A DNA stretch of 64,000 bases from an uncultured Actinomycetota bacterium (GTDB lineage Bacteria; Actinomycetota; Actinomycetes; Propionibacteriales; Nocardioidaceae), in NCBI GenBank assembly GCA_963827195.1, contig CAWGZT010000008.1:127708-191707 (forward strand). The letters run 5' to 3'. This document shows, one piece after another, positions 8,216 to 19,575 of the stretch (its first letter is position 1; every line of letters starts with the position of its first letter). Under the pieces are notes generated by a model. It had not been told where the DNA came from, ran no database searches, and saw only the letters and a program-made list of their open reading frames with translations. The position numbers were made by a program, and so were the translations under genes.

Positions 8216-8677
8216 ATGAGCGAGGGCACGGGCCCGCGCACGCCGATCACCTACGAGCACTGCGCCCACCTCGAGGGCCCGTTCTTCCACGGCACGAGGT
8301 GCGCTGTCGCGGACGGAGCAGAGCTCGTCCCCGGCTACGGCTCCAACTTCCAGGAGGGCCGGGTGTCGAACAACGTCTACTTCAGCGCGCTCGTGGAGAC
8401 GGCCGTCTGGGGAGCCGAGCTGGCGTGCGCGCTGGCGGGCACGGGGGAGCGGGGGCACGTCTACGTCGTGGAGCCCCAGGGTCCCTTCGAGGACGACCCC
8501 AACGTGACCGACAAGCGGTTCCCCGGCAACATCACCCAGTCCTACCGGACCCGCCACCCCCTGCGGGTCGTCGCCGAGCTGGAGAGCTGGGAGGGCCACC
8601 CGCCGGAGGTGCTGCAGGGGATGCTGGACAACCTGGCCCGGCTCCGCGAGCAGGGCCTCGACGTCATCGAGGACTAG
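8216..8677 (+). CDS. arr: NAD+--rifampin ADP-ribosyltransferase
   Basis: 153 aa from the ATG at 8216, with a GGAGGG RBS (the ORF opens at 8180). Strong resemblance to Arr proteins as remembered: FFHGT, NVYFSAL..AVWGAELA, YVVEPQGPFEDDPNVTDKRFPGNITQSYRT, WEGHP. Confidence 0.85.
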   Translation: MSEGTGPRTPITYEHCAHLEGPFFHGTRCAVADGAELVPGYGSNFQEGRVSNNVYFSALVETAVWGAELACALAGTGERGHVYVVEPQGPFEDDPNVTDKRFPGNITQSYRTRHPLRVVAELESWEGHPPEVLQGMLDNLARLREQGLDVIED

Positions 8678-8690
8678 CAGCGCGCCGACC

Positions 8691-9425
8691 TCAGTAGTCG
8701 TAGGTGATGCAGGCCTGGTCGGTGAGGGCGCCCCAGGTCTCGGCGTCGACGACCCCGGTGGGCGGCACGATGTCGCGCACGTCCTGGAAGTCCTTGACGC
8801 GCTGCTCGGTGGTGGCGTCGAAGATGCCGGTGACGTCGCGGGAGCGGAAGCCGTCCTCGCGCCCGGCCGCCGCGTCGATGTCCACCAAGGTGTTCTGGAG
8901 CGACCGCACCCAGATCCCGGTCTCGGGGTCGGTGCCGTCGCTGCGCGCGAGCACCCGCAGGTCGGCGGTCGGCACCTCGCACACGCACTTCACGTAGGTC
9001 GTGTTGCCGGAGTGCAGCCGGGTCACGTCGTCGCGCTTGTGCGCTCCGGTCAGCCGGGCGCGGCAGGGCTCGACGAGGTTGTCGTAGGGGCCGCTGTAGG
9101 CGACGTACTCCGGCACGTCGTTCTCGGGCGGGCCCCACAGGGTGGGGCACGAGTCGTCGGTGCGCAGGTAGCGCACGGTGTCCTCGGGGTTGTTGACCAC
9201 GGCCGAGCGCAGCGGGGCGCCGGTCGAGCCGTAGCCCAGCACGATCACCGAGTCGCCCGTGCACTCCAGGTCGACCAGCGGGACCCCCACGCGCAAGGGG
9301 TCGTTGTACGACGACTCGCTCGTCACGGGCTCCACGTCGTCGACGACCAGCGCGCTGGTGATGCCCGCGCCGGCGCCGAGCAGCGCCGCCACCAGCGGCA
9401 CCCACAGTGCGCGCCGGACCCTCAT
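8691..9425 (-). CDS. Secreted or membrane-anchored protein with C-terminal peptidoglycan-binding (PG_binding_1-like) domain
   Basis: 244 aa from the ATG at 9425 ([21 protein letters not shown]). The ATG overlaps the TetR stop (ATGA). C-terminus reads TTEQRVKDFQDV..TGVVDAETWGAL. The 398-aa ORF extension upstream overlaps the TetR gene and is Arg/Pro junk. Confidence 0.7.
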   Translation of the reverse strand: MRVRRALWVPLVAALLGAGAGITSALVVDDVEPVTSESSYNDPLRVGVPLVDLECTGDSVIVLGYGSTGAPLRSAVVNNPEDTVRYLRTDDSCPTLWGPPENDVPEYVAYSGPYDNLVEPCRARLTGAHKRDDVTRLHSGNTTYVKCVCEVPTADLRVLARSDGTDPETGIWVRSLQNTLVDIDAAAGREDGFRSRDVTGIFDATTEQRVKDFQDVRDIVPPTGVVDAETWGALTDQACITYDY

Positions 9426-10012
9426 CGACCCTCCGCGGGGAGGAGCGCGCGCAGCGCCATCTCGATCAGCACGTCGTGCAGCGACGGGTCGGGCAGGGCG
9501 CCGGTGCGCGGCGTGGAGTTGATCAGCCCGAAGGCGGCGTGCGCCATGGCTCGCGCAGTGGTGAGGTCGAGCCCGTCGTGCAGGGTGCGCAGCTGGGCTG
9601 CCCACAGGTCGACGTAGGCGCGCTGGAGGGTGCGCACCCGCTCCCGGGCCGCCGCGGGCAGTGACTCCCAGTCGCGGTCCTGGACGATGATCAGGGCGCG
9701 GTGGCGCAGGGCGAAGTCGACGTGCCACTCGACCAGCGCGCGCAGCGCCGGCTCGGCGCCGCCGGCGGCGCTGACCCGGGCCGTGCCGACCGAGAGCAGC
9801 TGCTCGCTGATGGAGACCAGCATCTCGGCGAGGACGGCGTCCTTGGAGACGAAGTGCTTGTAGAGCGCGGGGCCCGAGATGCCGCACGCGGAGCCCAGGT
9901 CGGCGACGGAGACGCCGTGGAAGCCCCGCGCGGCGAAGAGCTCGGCAGCGGTGGCGAGGATCTGGTCGCGACGGGTCGGCACCTCGTCGCTCCGCACCTG
10001 GCTCACGACCAC
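9422..10012 (-). CDS. TetR-family transcriptional regulator (likely regulator of the divergent leucine-catabolism genes)
   Basis: 196 aa. HTH region [41 protein letters not shown]. Divergent from the carboxylase operon. Confidence 0.85.
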   Translation of the reverse strand: MVVSQVRSDEVPTRRDQILATAAELFAARGFHGVSVADLGSACGISGPALYKHFVSKDAVLAEMLVSISEQLLSVGTARVSAAGGAEPALRALVEWHVDFALRHRALIIVQDRDWESLPAAARERVRTLQRAYVDLWAAQLRTLHDGLDLTTARAMAHAAFGLINSTPRTGALPDPSLHDVLIEMALRALLPAEGR

Positions 10013-10013
10013 A

Positions 10014-10067
10014 GGTTAGCGCTCGTTAACGCCGCCTCATGGACGCGGAGGTTAACGATCGCTAACC
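10014..10067. promoter_or_regulatory. Two inverted copies of a 17-18-bp pseudo-palindromic box (GGTTAGCGCTCGTTAAC at 10014-10030; GGTTAACGATCGCTAACC at 10050-10067)
   Basis: Read directly in the 75-bp divergent TetR/carboxylase spacer. The reverse complement of box 2 equals box 1 apart from 1 nt. Each box is TTAGC-N4-GTTAA-like. Confidence 0.65.
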
Positions 10068-10087
10068 TGACTTCCGTGCCCCCAGAG

Positions 10088-11647
10088 ATGACAGACCTCG
10101 TGGCCGAGCTGCGCGAGCGGTTGGCCACGGCCCGCCGCGGCGGCAGCGATGCCGCCCGCACCAAGCACACCGACCGCGGCAAGCTCCTGGTGCGTGACCG
10201 GGTCGACGCCCTCCTCGACCCGGGCAGCCCGTTCCTCGAGCTGAGCCCGCTCGCCGCGACCGGCATGTACGGCGAGCCCGGCCAGGCCGACACGGTCCCC
10301 AGCGCCGGCATCGTCACCGGCATCGGCCGCGTCAGCGGCCGCGAGTGCGTGATCGTCGCCAACGACGCGACCGTCAAGGGCGGCACCTACTACCCCGTCA
10401 CCGTCAAGAAGCACCTGCGCGCGCAGACCGTCGCCTCCGACAACCACCTGCCCTGCCTCTACCTCGTCGACTCCGGCGGCGCGTTCCTGCCGATGCAGGA
10501 CGAGGTCTTCCCCGACCGCGAGCACTTCGGGCGGATCTTCTTCAACCAGGCCAACCTGTCCGCGCGCGGCATCCCGCAGATCGCCAGCGTCATGGGCTCG
10601 TGCACCGCCGGCGGCGCCTACGTGCCGGCGATGTCCGACGAGACCGTGATCGTCAAGGAGCAGGGCACGATCTTCCTCGGCGGCCCGCCGCTGGTGAAGG
10701 CCGCGACCGGCGAGGTCGTGACCGCCGAGGACCTCGGCGGCGGCGACGTCCACGCGCGCACCTCCGGCGTCGTGGACCACCTCGCCGACGACGACCGGCA
10801 CGCGTTGGCGATCGTGCGGAGCATCGTCGACACCTTCGCGCGGCCCGACGCGTCCTCCTACGAGGTGCACCCCGTCGACGAGCCGGCCGAGGACCCCGCG
10901 ACGCTCTACGACGTGGTGCCCGCCGACACCCGCACCCCCTACGACGTGCGCGAGGTGATCCGGCGCGTGGTCGACGGCAGCCGCTTCCACGAGTTCAAGC
11001 GGCTCTACGGCGAGACCCTGGTGACCGGCTTCGCGCGGATCTGGGGCCACCCGGTCGGCATCGTCGCCAACAACGGCATCCTCTTCAGCGAGTCGGCGCT
11101 CAAGGGCGCCCACTTCATCGAGCTGTGCAACCAGCGCGGCATCCCGCTGGTCTTCCTGCAGAACATCACCGGCTTCATGGTCGGCCGCGAGTACGAGAAC
11201 CGCGGCATCGCCCGCGACGGCGCCAAGCTCGTCACCGCCGTCGCCTGCTCGGTCGTCCCGAAGTTCACCGTCGTCATCGGCGGCTCCTTCGGCGCCGGCA
11301 ACTACGGCATGTGCGGGCGTGCCTACGACCCGCGCTTCCTGTGGATGTGGCCCAACGCCCGGATCTCGGTGATGGGCGGCGAGCAGGCCGCCGCCGTGCT
11401 GGCCACCGTCCGCCGCGACGGCATCGAGGGCAAGGGCGGCGAGTGGTCCGCGGAGGACGAGGAGTCCTTCAAGGCCCCCATCCGCGACCAGTACGACGCC
11501 CAGGGCTCGCCCTACTACTCGACCGCGCGGCTCTGGGACGACGGCGTCATCGACCCCGTCGACACCCGTCGGGTGCTCGGCATGGGGCTGGCCGCCGCCG
11601 CCCACGCGCCGATCCCGCAGCCCTCCTACGGCATCTTCCGGATGTGA
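10088..11647 (+). CDS. Acyl-CoA carboxylase carboxyltransferase (beta) subunit, probably methylcrotonyl-CoA carboxylase
   Basis: 519 aa from the ATG at 10088 ([12 protein letters not shown]...). Carboxyl-transferase-family sequence throughout. The methylcrotonyl-CoA assignment rests on the adjacent HMG-CoA lyase. The ORF-track start at 9701 overlaps the TetR gene. Confidence 0.85.
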   Translation: MTDLVAELRERLATARRGGSDAARTKHTDRGKLLVRDRVDALLDPGSPFLELSPLAATGMYGEPGQADTVPSAGIVTGIGRVSGRECVIVANDATVKGGTYYPVTVKKHLRAQTVASDNHLPCLYLVDSGGAFLPMQDEVFPDREHFGRIFFNQANLSARGIPQIASVMGSCTAGGAYVPAMSDETVIVKEQGTIFLGGPPLVKAATGEVVTAEDLGGGDVHARTSGVVDHLADDDRHALAIVRSIVDTFARPDASSYEVHPVDEPAEDPATLYDVVPADTRTPYDVREVIRRVVDGSRFHEFKRLYGETLVTGFARIWGHPVGIVANNGILFSESALKGAHFIELCNQRGIPLVFLQNITGFMVGREYENRGIARDGAKLVTAVACSVVPKFTVVIGGSFGAGNYGMCGRAYDPRFLWMWPNARISVMGGEQAAAVLATVRRDGIEGKGGEWSAEDEESFKAPIRDQYDAQGSPYYSTARLWDDGVIDPVDTRRVLGMGLAAAAHAPIPQPSYGIFRM

Positions 11648-11774
11648 GGCTCGCAGTGACGCGCGAGGGACGAGCGTGGCGCGGACGCGAGACCAGGTCG
11701 AGCGAGCCCTGCGACCGAGGGACGAGGTCGCACCGGGCGCGCCGAGACCCAGTGACCCTGAGCAAGGAGCTTTC

Positions 11775-13708
<1,934 letters not shown>

Positions 13709-13712
<4 letters not shown>

Positions 13713-14635
13713 CGCTCCCCGAGCAGGTCACGATCTACGAGGTCGGTCCGCGCGACGGACTGCAGAACGAGAAGGGCCTGGTGCCCACCCACGTCAAGGC
13801 CGAGTTCGTACGACGGCTCGTCGCCGCCGGCCTGCCCGTCGTGGAGGCGACCAGCTTCGTGCACCCCCGCTGGGTCCCGCAGCTGGCCGACGCCGCCGAG
13901 CTGATGACGATGCTCGGCGACGAGGGCCGCGACCACCCCGTGCTGGTGCCCAACGAGCGCGGCCTCGACCGCGCGCTCGAGCTCGGGGTGCGCCACATCG
14001 CGATCTTCGGCTCCGCGACCGAGACCTTCGCGCAGAAGAACCTCAACCGCAGCCTCGACGAGCAGTTCGCGATGTTCGAGCCGACCGTGCGGCGTGCCCG
14101 GGAGGCCGGGCTCGACGTCCGCGCCTACGTCTCGATGTGCTTCGGCGACCCGTGGGAGGGCGCGGTGCCGGTCGAGCAGGTCGTCAGCGTCGGCAAGCGG
14201 CTCTTCGACCTCGGCGCCAGCCAGCTCAGCCTGGGCGACACGATCGGCGTCGGCACGGCCAACCAGGTCACCGCGCTGGTCGCCGCGTTCACCGCCGCCG
14301 GCCTGGCGACCGACCAGCTCGCCCTGCACTTCCACGACACCTACGGCCAGGCCCTCGCCAACGCCCATGCCGGGCTCCGGGCCGGCATCACGACCTTCGA
14401 CGCGAGCGCCGGGGGTCTCGGCGGCTGCCCCTACGCCAAGAGCGCGACCGGCAACCTCGCCACCGAGGACCTCGTCTGGCTGCTCACCGGTCTCGGCATC
14501 GAGCACGGCGTCGACCTCGACCGGCTGGTCGCCACCAGCGTCTGGATGGCGGGCCACCTGGGTCGCCCCAGTCCCTCCGCGGTGGTGCGGGCGTTGGGTG
14601 GGTCGGCGTCGGGTCCGGCACAATCTCCGGGGTGA
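13709..14635 (+). CDS. Hydroxymethylglutaryl-CoA lyase
   Basis: 308 aa. Its ATG overlaps the upstream stop (ATGA). Motif VTIYEVGPRDGLQNEKG; pyruvate-carboxyltransferase (HMGL-like) fold motifs. Confidence 0.9.
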
Positions 14636-15783
14636 GTGCTCCCGCGAGAACCCCAGCCGGGCGTCCGGCTCGATCGGCAGCAGGCCCCCGGCGCAAGGTC
14701 TACCTGCACATCGGCGCTCCCAAGACCGGCACCACCTACGTCCAGGACCGGTTGAGCCTCAACGCCCGGTCCCTGGCCGCCCACGGCGTGCACTTCCCGG
14801 CCCGCTCGCCGCTGCTCAGCGCGGGGCTCTTCCACTTCCGCGCCGCGCTCGACCTCCTCGGCCAGGACTGGGGCGGCCCGCCCGGCCACGCCGACGGCAG
14901 CTGGGACGCGCTCGTGCGCCGGGTCAAGCGGCGCTCCGGCGCCGTCGTGATCAGCCACGAGATCCTCGCCCCGGCGACCCGGGAGCAGATCGCGAAGGCC
15001 AAGCGCGACCTCGCCGGCAGCGAGATCCACATCGTCTACAGCGCCCGCGACCTCGCCCGACAGCTGCCCGCCGCGTGGCAGGAGAGCGTCAAGCAGGGCC
15101 GCAAGTGGACCTACCGCCGCTTCCTGCGCCGTGTCGAGCACGGTCACCCCTGGTTCTACCGGGCGCTCGACCTGCCGACCGTCCTCGAGGCGTGGGGCGC
15201 CGGCATCGACCCCGCCCACGTGCACGTCGTCACGGTGCCGCCGAAGGGCGCCCCGCGTGCGCTGCTCTGGCAGCGCTACTGCGAGGTCCTGGGCATCGAC
15301 CCGGCCTGGGCGCCGCGCGACAGCGACCAGCACAACCAGTCCCTGGGCGTCGCCGAGACGCAGGTGATCCGCAAGCTCAACCGCCGGATGGACCGCGAGA
15401 CCCGCCGGGAGGCGTCCTACGACGAGCTGATCCGCCAGATGCTCGCCCAGAACGAGCTCGTGGGGCGGGTCTCGGCGCCGGTGCGGATGCCGCCGCGCAT
15501 GCAGGCCTGGGCCGAGGCCGAGGCCGAGCGCTGGATCACCTGGCTCCGCGACAGCGGGGTCGACGTCGTCGGCGACGCCGAGGACCTGCGCCCCCTGCCG
15601 CTCGGCGAGGACGAGCGCTTCGTCGACCCCGACAAGGTCTCCACCAAGCGCCAGCTCCGCGTGGCGATGGTCGCCCTCTCCGCGATGACCCGCGAGGCGG
15701 CCCGCCGCTCCGACCCCCAGCAGCAGCTGATCGGCAAGGTCCGCACCCAGGCCAAGCGGCTGCGCGAGTCGCAGGGCGAGTGA
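14632..15783 (+). CDS. Sulfotransferase-fold protein (paralog 1)
   Basis: 383 aa. Its GTG overlaps the lyase stop (GTGA). 5-prime PAPS-loop-like HIGAPKTGTTYVQ and 3-prime PB-like YSARDLARQLP. Roughly 40% identical by eye to 16915-18126. Confidence 0.65.
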   Translation: MSAPARTPAGRPARSAAGPRRKVYLHIGAPKTGTTYVQDRLSLNARSLAAHGVHFPARSPLLSAGLFHFRAALDLLGQDWGGPPGHADGSWDALVRRVKRRSGAVVISHEILAPATREQIAKAKRDLAGSEIHIVYSARDLARQLPAAWQESVKQGRKWTYRRFLRRVEHGHPWFYRALDLPTVLEAWGAGIDPAHVHVVTVPPKGAPRALLWQRYCEVLGIDPAWAPRDSDQHNQSLGVAETQVIRKLNRRMDRETRREASYDELIRQMLAQNELVGRVSAPVRMPPRMQAWAEAEAERWITWLRDSGVDVVGDAEDLRPLPLGEDERFVDPDKVSTKRQLRVAMVALSAMTREAARRSDPQQQLIGKVRTQAKRLRESQGE

Positions 15784-15790
15784 CGCCGCA

Positions 15791-16918
15791 GTGATGACCG
15801 TCAGCGGCGAGCGTCGCGCCTGGGGGTGGGTGGCGCACCTGCGCGACGGCGGCACGACCCCCTGGGCCGGCTGGCGCCTCGACGGCGACCGGGAGGGCGT
15901 CCACCTCCCCGGCGCCCAGCAGCTGGAGCTGCTGCGTCGCCTCAACCTCGCCGCCGCGCACGACCGCGCCCGCCCGTCGGCGCGGCTGGTCGCCCGGGTC
16001 GTCGAGGCCAGCGCCCCCGGCCGCGGCACGCCCGACCTCGAGCTGGTCGGAGCGACCGACGAGACCCCCTTCGGGCCGAGGCCCGTCGACCCCGCCGACC
16101 TGGCCGACGCCGAGCTCACCCGGGTGGCGACCAGCCTCCTGGCCGAGGACCTGGTCGCGACCGGGGTGCCGACGGTGCACGAGGCGACCTACGTCCGGCC
16201 GTGGCGCACCCGCTACCGGCTCGTGGGTGACCCGTGGCTCGCCGACCCCGCCCGCGAGGCCCTGGTCGCCCGGGGCCACCCGCCCGGCGGTCGCGGCGCG
16301 GTCGTGGTCGTCGTGGGGCGCGACCTCGCCACGATGGTCGCCGACGCGTGGACCTCGCGGTGCTTCGACGAGGGCTCCCTGCCGTGGCGCGAGTGGCTCG
16401 ACCCCTTCACCGCCGGCCCCCGCGTCCCGCCCCGCATCGACCTCGAGCGGGCGGCCGCGGCCTGGGGCCGTCGCTCCCACCCGTCCCGGGTGCGCGTGGT
16501 GCTGGACCCGAGCGCCCTGCCGCGACTGGTCGGCGTACGACGTGCCCTGCCGCGGGCGCCCGACCTCGCCGCCGACGCCGTCGACCTCGCCCGCCAGGTG
16601 GCCGCCGTGCTGGGCCTGCTGGTGCTCCCGCCGGTGCGACGCGACCTGCTGCGCCGCACGCTCCTGCCGCGCCTGGTCGACGCTCCGGGACCGCGCCTGC
16701 GGCTGCCCGCCGAGCACGCGCCGTGGGCGACGCAGCGAGCCGAGCAGATGCGCGACCGCATGCTCCGCGCTGGCTACGCTGTGCACGGCGATCCTGACCT
16801 GCTGGTGCCGCGACCCGACGCGGTCGCGCCCGTCGGGGCCTCGGGTCCCACCGAGGCCGGCGTGCTCGCGCTGGTCGTCCGGCTGCTGCTCGACGAGACC
16901 AAGGAGGCGTCCCGGTGA
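15791..16918 (+). CDS. Hypothetical protein sandwiched between the two sulfotransferase-fold paralogs
   Basis: 375 aa. High third-position GC and operon context. No motif I can name; it lacks the PKTGT loop. Confidence 0.5.
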   Translation: MMTVSGERRAWGWVAHLRDGGTTPWAGWRLDGDREGVHLPGAQQLELLRRLNLAAAHDRARPSARLVARVVEASAPGRGTPDLELVGATDETPFGPRPVDPADLADAELTRVATSLLAEDLVATGVPTVHEATYVRPWRTRYRLVGDPWLADPAREALVARGHPPGGRGAVVVVVGRDLATMVADAWTSRCFDEGSLPWREWLDPFTAGPRVPPRIDLERAAAAWGRRSHPSRVRVVLDPSALPRLVGVRRALPRAPDLAADAVDLARQVAAVLGLLVLPPVRRDLLRRTLLPRLVDAPGPRLRLPAEHAPWATQRAEQMRDRMLRAGYAVHGDPDLLVPRPDAVAPVGASGPTEAGVLALVVRLLLDETKEASR

Positions 16919-18126
16919 GACGGCTCCTCCTGCACGTGGGCACCCCCAAGACCGGCACGTCCTACCTCCAGGACGTCCTGCACCGCAACCAGCGCACCCT
17001 CGCCGCCGCCGGCATCAGCTATCCCGCCGACCGCTTCGACGCGCACTTCCTGGCGGCGCTGGACCTGATGCGCCTGCCCTGGGGTGGTCTGGAGAGCGAG
17101 GCGATCGGCGCGTGGGACCGGCTCGCGGCGCAGGTCCGCGCCCACCAGGGCACCTCGATCATCAGCCACGAGATCCTCGCCGCGGCGTCGCGCTCGCAGG
17201 TGGGTCGGGCGCTGCGCGACCTCGGCCACGGCGACGGCACCGAGGTCCACGTGGTCCTCTCCGTGCGCGACCTGGTGCGCCAGGTGCCTGCGGAGTGGCA
17301 GGAGAACGTCAAGCACCGCAGCTCGATCAGCTATGCCCGCTTCCTGCGCCAGGTCCAGGACCCGTCCCGCGAGGGCCGCATCGCCAGCTGGTTCTGGAGC
17401 GTGCAGGAGATCCCCGACATCCTCGAGCGCTGGGGCCACGACCTGCCGCCCGAGCAGGTCCACCTGGTCACCGTGCCGCCGCCCGGCGGTGCCAGCGAGG
17501 TGCTCTGGAAGCGCTTCAGCCAGACCTTCGGCCTGGACGGCCTCGACCTCGACCTGGAGGCCGAGCGGGTCAACCCGTCGCTGGGCGTGCCCGAGACCGC
17601 GCTGATCCGGCGCATCAACCGGGCCGCCAACCGCCAGCTGCCGCCGGCCGACTACCGCCCACTGGTGCGTGAGCTGCTGGCCCACCAGACGCTGTCGCGA
17701 CGCACCGGCTCGCCGCGGCTGGCGCTCCCGCCCGAGGTCCACCCCTGGGTGCGTGAGCTCGAGGACTCGTGGGTGGCCGAGATCCGGGCCCGCGGCTACG
17801 ACGTGGTCGGCGACCTGGCCGACCTCACCGGCGCCGCGGCCCCCGCGACGTGGGCCGACCCCGACAACCCCTCGGAGAAGCAGGTCGCCGGCGCGGCCGT
17901 CGACGCGATCAAGGCGCTCCTGCTGGAGAACGGGCGCCTGCAGCAGGAGACCGTGCGGCTGCACGCCGACCTGGCCGGCGCCCACCGGGACCTGGAGCGG
18001 TCCTACCTGCGCCCGACCTACCGGCTGCGCGAGAAGCTCGTGCGCCGCCTGCAGACCTCACGCGTGGGTCGTGGGGCGCTCCAGGGCTACCGCGTGCTGC
18101 GCGGCAGGAGCTCGCGGTCGGCGTAG
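16915..18126 (+). CDS. Sulfotransferase-fold protein (paralog 2) with coiled-coil-like C-terminus
   Basis: 403 aa. Its GTG overlaps the upstream stop (GTGA). Motifs HVGTPKTGTSYLQ and LSVRDLVRQVP. The 3-prime end overlaps the convergent ecsC-like gene by 40 nt. Confidence 0.7.
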   Translation: MRRLLLHVGTPKTGTSYLQDVLHRNQRTLAAAGISYPADRFDAHFLAALDLMRLPWGGLESEAIGAWDRLAAQVRAHQGTSIISHEILAAASRSQVGRALRDLGHGDGTEVHVVLSVRDLVRQVPAEWQENVKHRSSISYARFLRQVQDPSREGRIASWFWSVQEIPDILERWGHDLPPEQVHLVTVPPPGGASEVLWKRFSQTFGLDGLDLDLEAERVNPSLGVPETALIRRINRAANRQLPPADYRPLVRELLAHQTLSRRTGSPRLALPPEVHPWVRELEDSWVAEIRARGYDVVGDLADLTGAAAPATWADPDNPSEKQVAGAAVDAIKALLLENGRLQQETVRLHADLAGAHRDLERSYLRPTYRLREKLVRRLQTSRVGRGALQGYRVLRGRSSRSA

Positions 18127-18767
18127 CGCCCGATCTTCCAGGTGAGGTAGCCGTCGGCGCCCATGCCCACGACCCCGCCCACCACGGGCACGCGTCGCCC
18201 GATGGTGATCGCGAGCCGCTTGCCGGCGACCTTGGTGATCAGGTCGGAGGCGACCTCGGTCGAGATGACCAGGTCGATGCTGGCGTCGTGCACGGGCGCG
18301 GTGGCCAGCGCCATGGGGGGCGCGGGGATCTTGTGCTTCCTGACCAGCGAGGTCACGGAGTCCTCGCCGAGCATGGTCACGAGGATCGCGTTGCGCACCC
18401 GGGGGTCGTCGAGGTCGTAGCCGCGCAGGTGGGCGATGCCGGCGATCATCCGGCACTGGATCAGCGCGAGACCGGTGATGTTGGTCGGGATCGTCACCGC
18501 CGCCGTCACGAGCCCGCCGATGTTGGTCAGGAAGCCCTGGCCGCCGGCGTAGCGGACGTGGTTCTCGATGACCTCCTTGACGGCCTTGTCGACGTCGCCG
18601 TGCTGCTCGGCGAGCTGCTTGTCAGCGGCCTTGGCGGCCGGGGGCAGCGGCCCGACCCCGACGATCGCGCGGTGCAGCGCCTCGCGGACGAAGGACGCCG
18701 TGAGGCCGGGCGCGAGGCCGGCCACCTTCGGTGCCAGCTGCTTTCCGACCGAGCTCGTGAGTCCCAT
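18087..18767 (-). CDS. EcsC-family protein
   Basis: 226 aa. The sequence pattern (..YAGGQGFLTNIGGL..IPTNITGLALIQCRMIAGIAHLRGYD..) matches EcsC as remembered. Confidence 0.7.
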   Translation of the reverse strand: MGLTSSVGKQLAPKVAGLAPGLTASFVREALHRAIVGVGPLPPAAKAADKQLAEQHGDVDKAVKEVIENHVRYAGGQGFLTNIGGLVTAAVTIPTNITGLALIQCRMIAGIAHLRGYDLDDPRVRNAILVTMLGEDSVTSLVRKHKIPAPPMALATAPVHDASIDLVISTEVASDLITKVAGKRLAITIGRRVPVVGGVVGMGADGYLTWKIGRYADRELLPRSTR

Positions 18768-18822
18768 GCCTCGATCCTAGTGAGGCAGGACCAACGGCGC
18801 CTCACCCACTACGGTCGTCCTC

Positions 18823-19515
18823 GTGCCGCCGACCGAGCCCCCTCCGAGCCACTGGGTCTTCGGCGATCCCGCCGGTTTCGACCCCGACGACGACCTGGTG
18901 GGCATCGGCGCCGACCTCGAGCCGGGCACGCTGCTGGCGGCCTACCGCCGGGGGATGTTCCCGATGCCCGTCGGCGAGCCCGGCGACCCGATGTACTGGT
19001 TCAGCCCCGTGCGCCGGGGCGTCCTGGAGCTCGGCGACCTGCGGGTCCCGCGGTCCCTGCGGCGCTCGGCCCGCGACTTCGAGGTGCGCGTCGACACCTC
19101 GTTGGCCGAGGTCATCGATGCGTGCGGCGACCCGCGCCGGCCCCAGGGCTGGATCGACGACGACATCCGCTCGGCGTACCTCCGCCTCGGTGAGCTGGGC
19201 TGGGCGCACTCGGTCGAGGTGTGGCGCGACGGCCGGCTGGAGGGCGGCCTCTACGGCCTGGCGATCGGCGGGCTCTTCGCCGGGGAGTCGATGTTCCACC
19301 GCTCCCGCGACGCCTCCAAGGTGGCGCTGATGGGGCTGGTCGACCTGCTCGCGGCCGCCGGGCCGGGGGAGCGGCTGGTCGACACCCAGTGGGTGACCCC
19401 GCACCTCGCGACGCTGGGCGTCCGCGAGATCTCGCGGGCCGACTACCTGGCGCGCTTGCCCCGCCTGCTGGCCACCTCGCCGGCTTTCGGCGACGACGCG
19501 CGGAGCGGCGGATGA
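18823..19515 (+). CDS. aat: Leucyl/phenylalanyl-tRNA--protein transferase
   Basis: 230 aa. Motifs LLAAYRRGMFPMP, WFSPVRRGVL, GGLYGLAIGGLFAGESMFH. Confidence 0.9.
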   Translation: MPPTEPPPSHWVFGDPAGFDPDDDLVGIGADLEPGTLLAAYRRGMFPMPVGEPGDPMYWFSPVRRGVLELGDLRVPRSLRRSARDFEVRVDTSLAEVIDACGDPRRPQGWIDDDIRSAYLRLGELGWAHSVEVWRDGRLEGGLYGLAIGGLFAGESMFHRSRDASKVALMGLVDLLAAAGPGERLVDTQWVTPHLATLGVREISRADYLARLPRLLATSPAFGDDARSGG

Positions 19516-19575
19516 GTGAACCGTGCGCCACGGGGTAGGAAGAGCGCTCCGCCCCGACCTGAGGAGGGTCATCGC

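Noticed and set aside
8691-9887. 398-aa version of the PG-binding protein gene
   Set aside because: The upstream 154 codons overlap the TetR gene in another frame and are Arg/Pro junk. An ATG with a signal anchor at 9425 overlaps the TetR stop.
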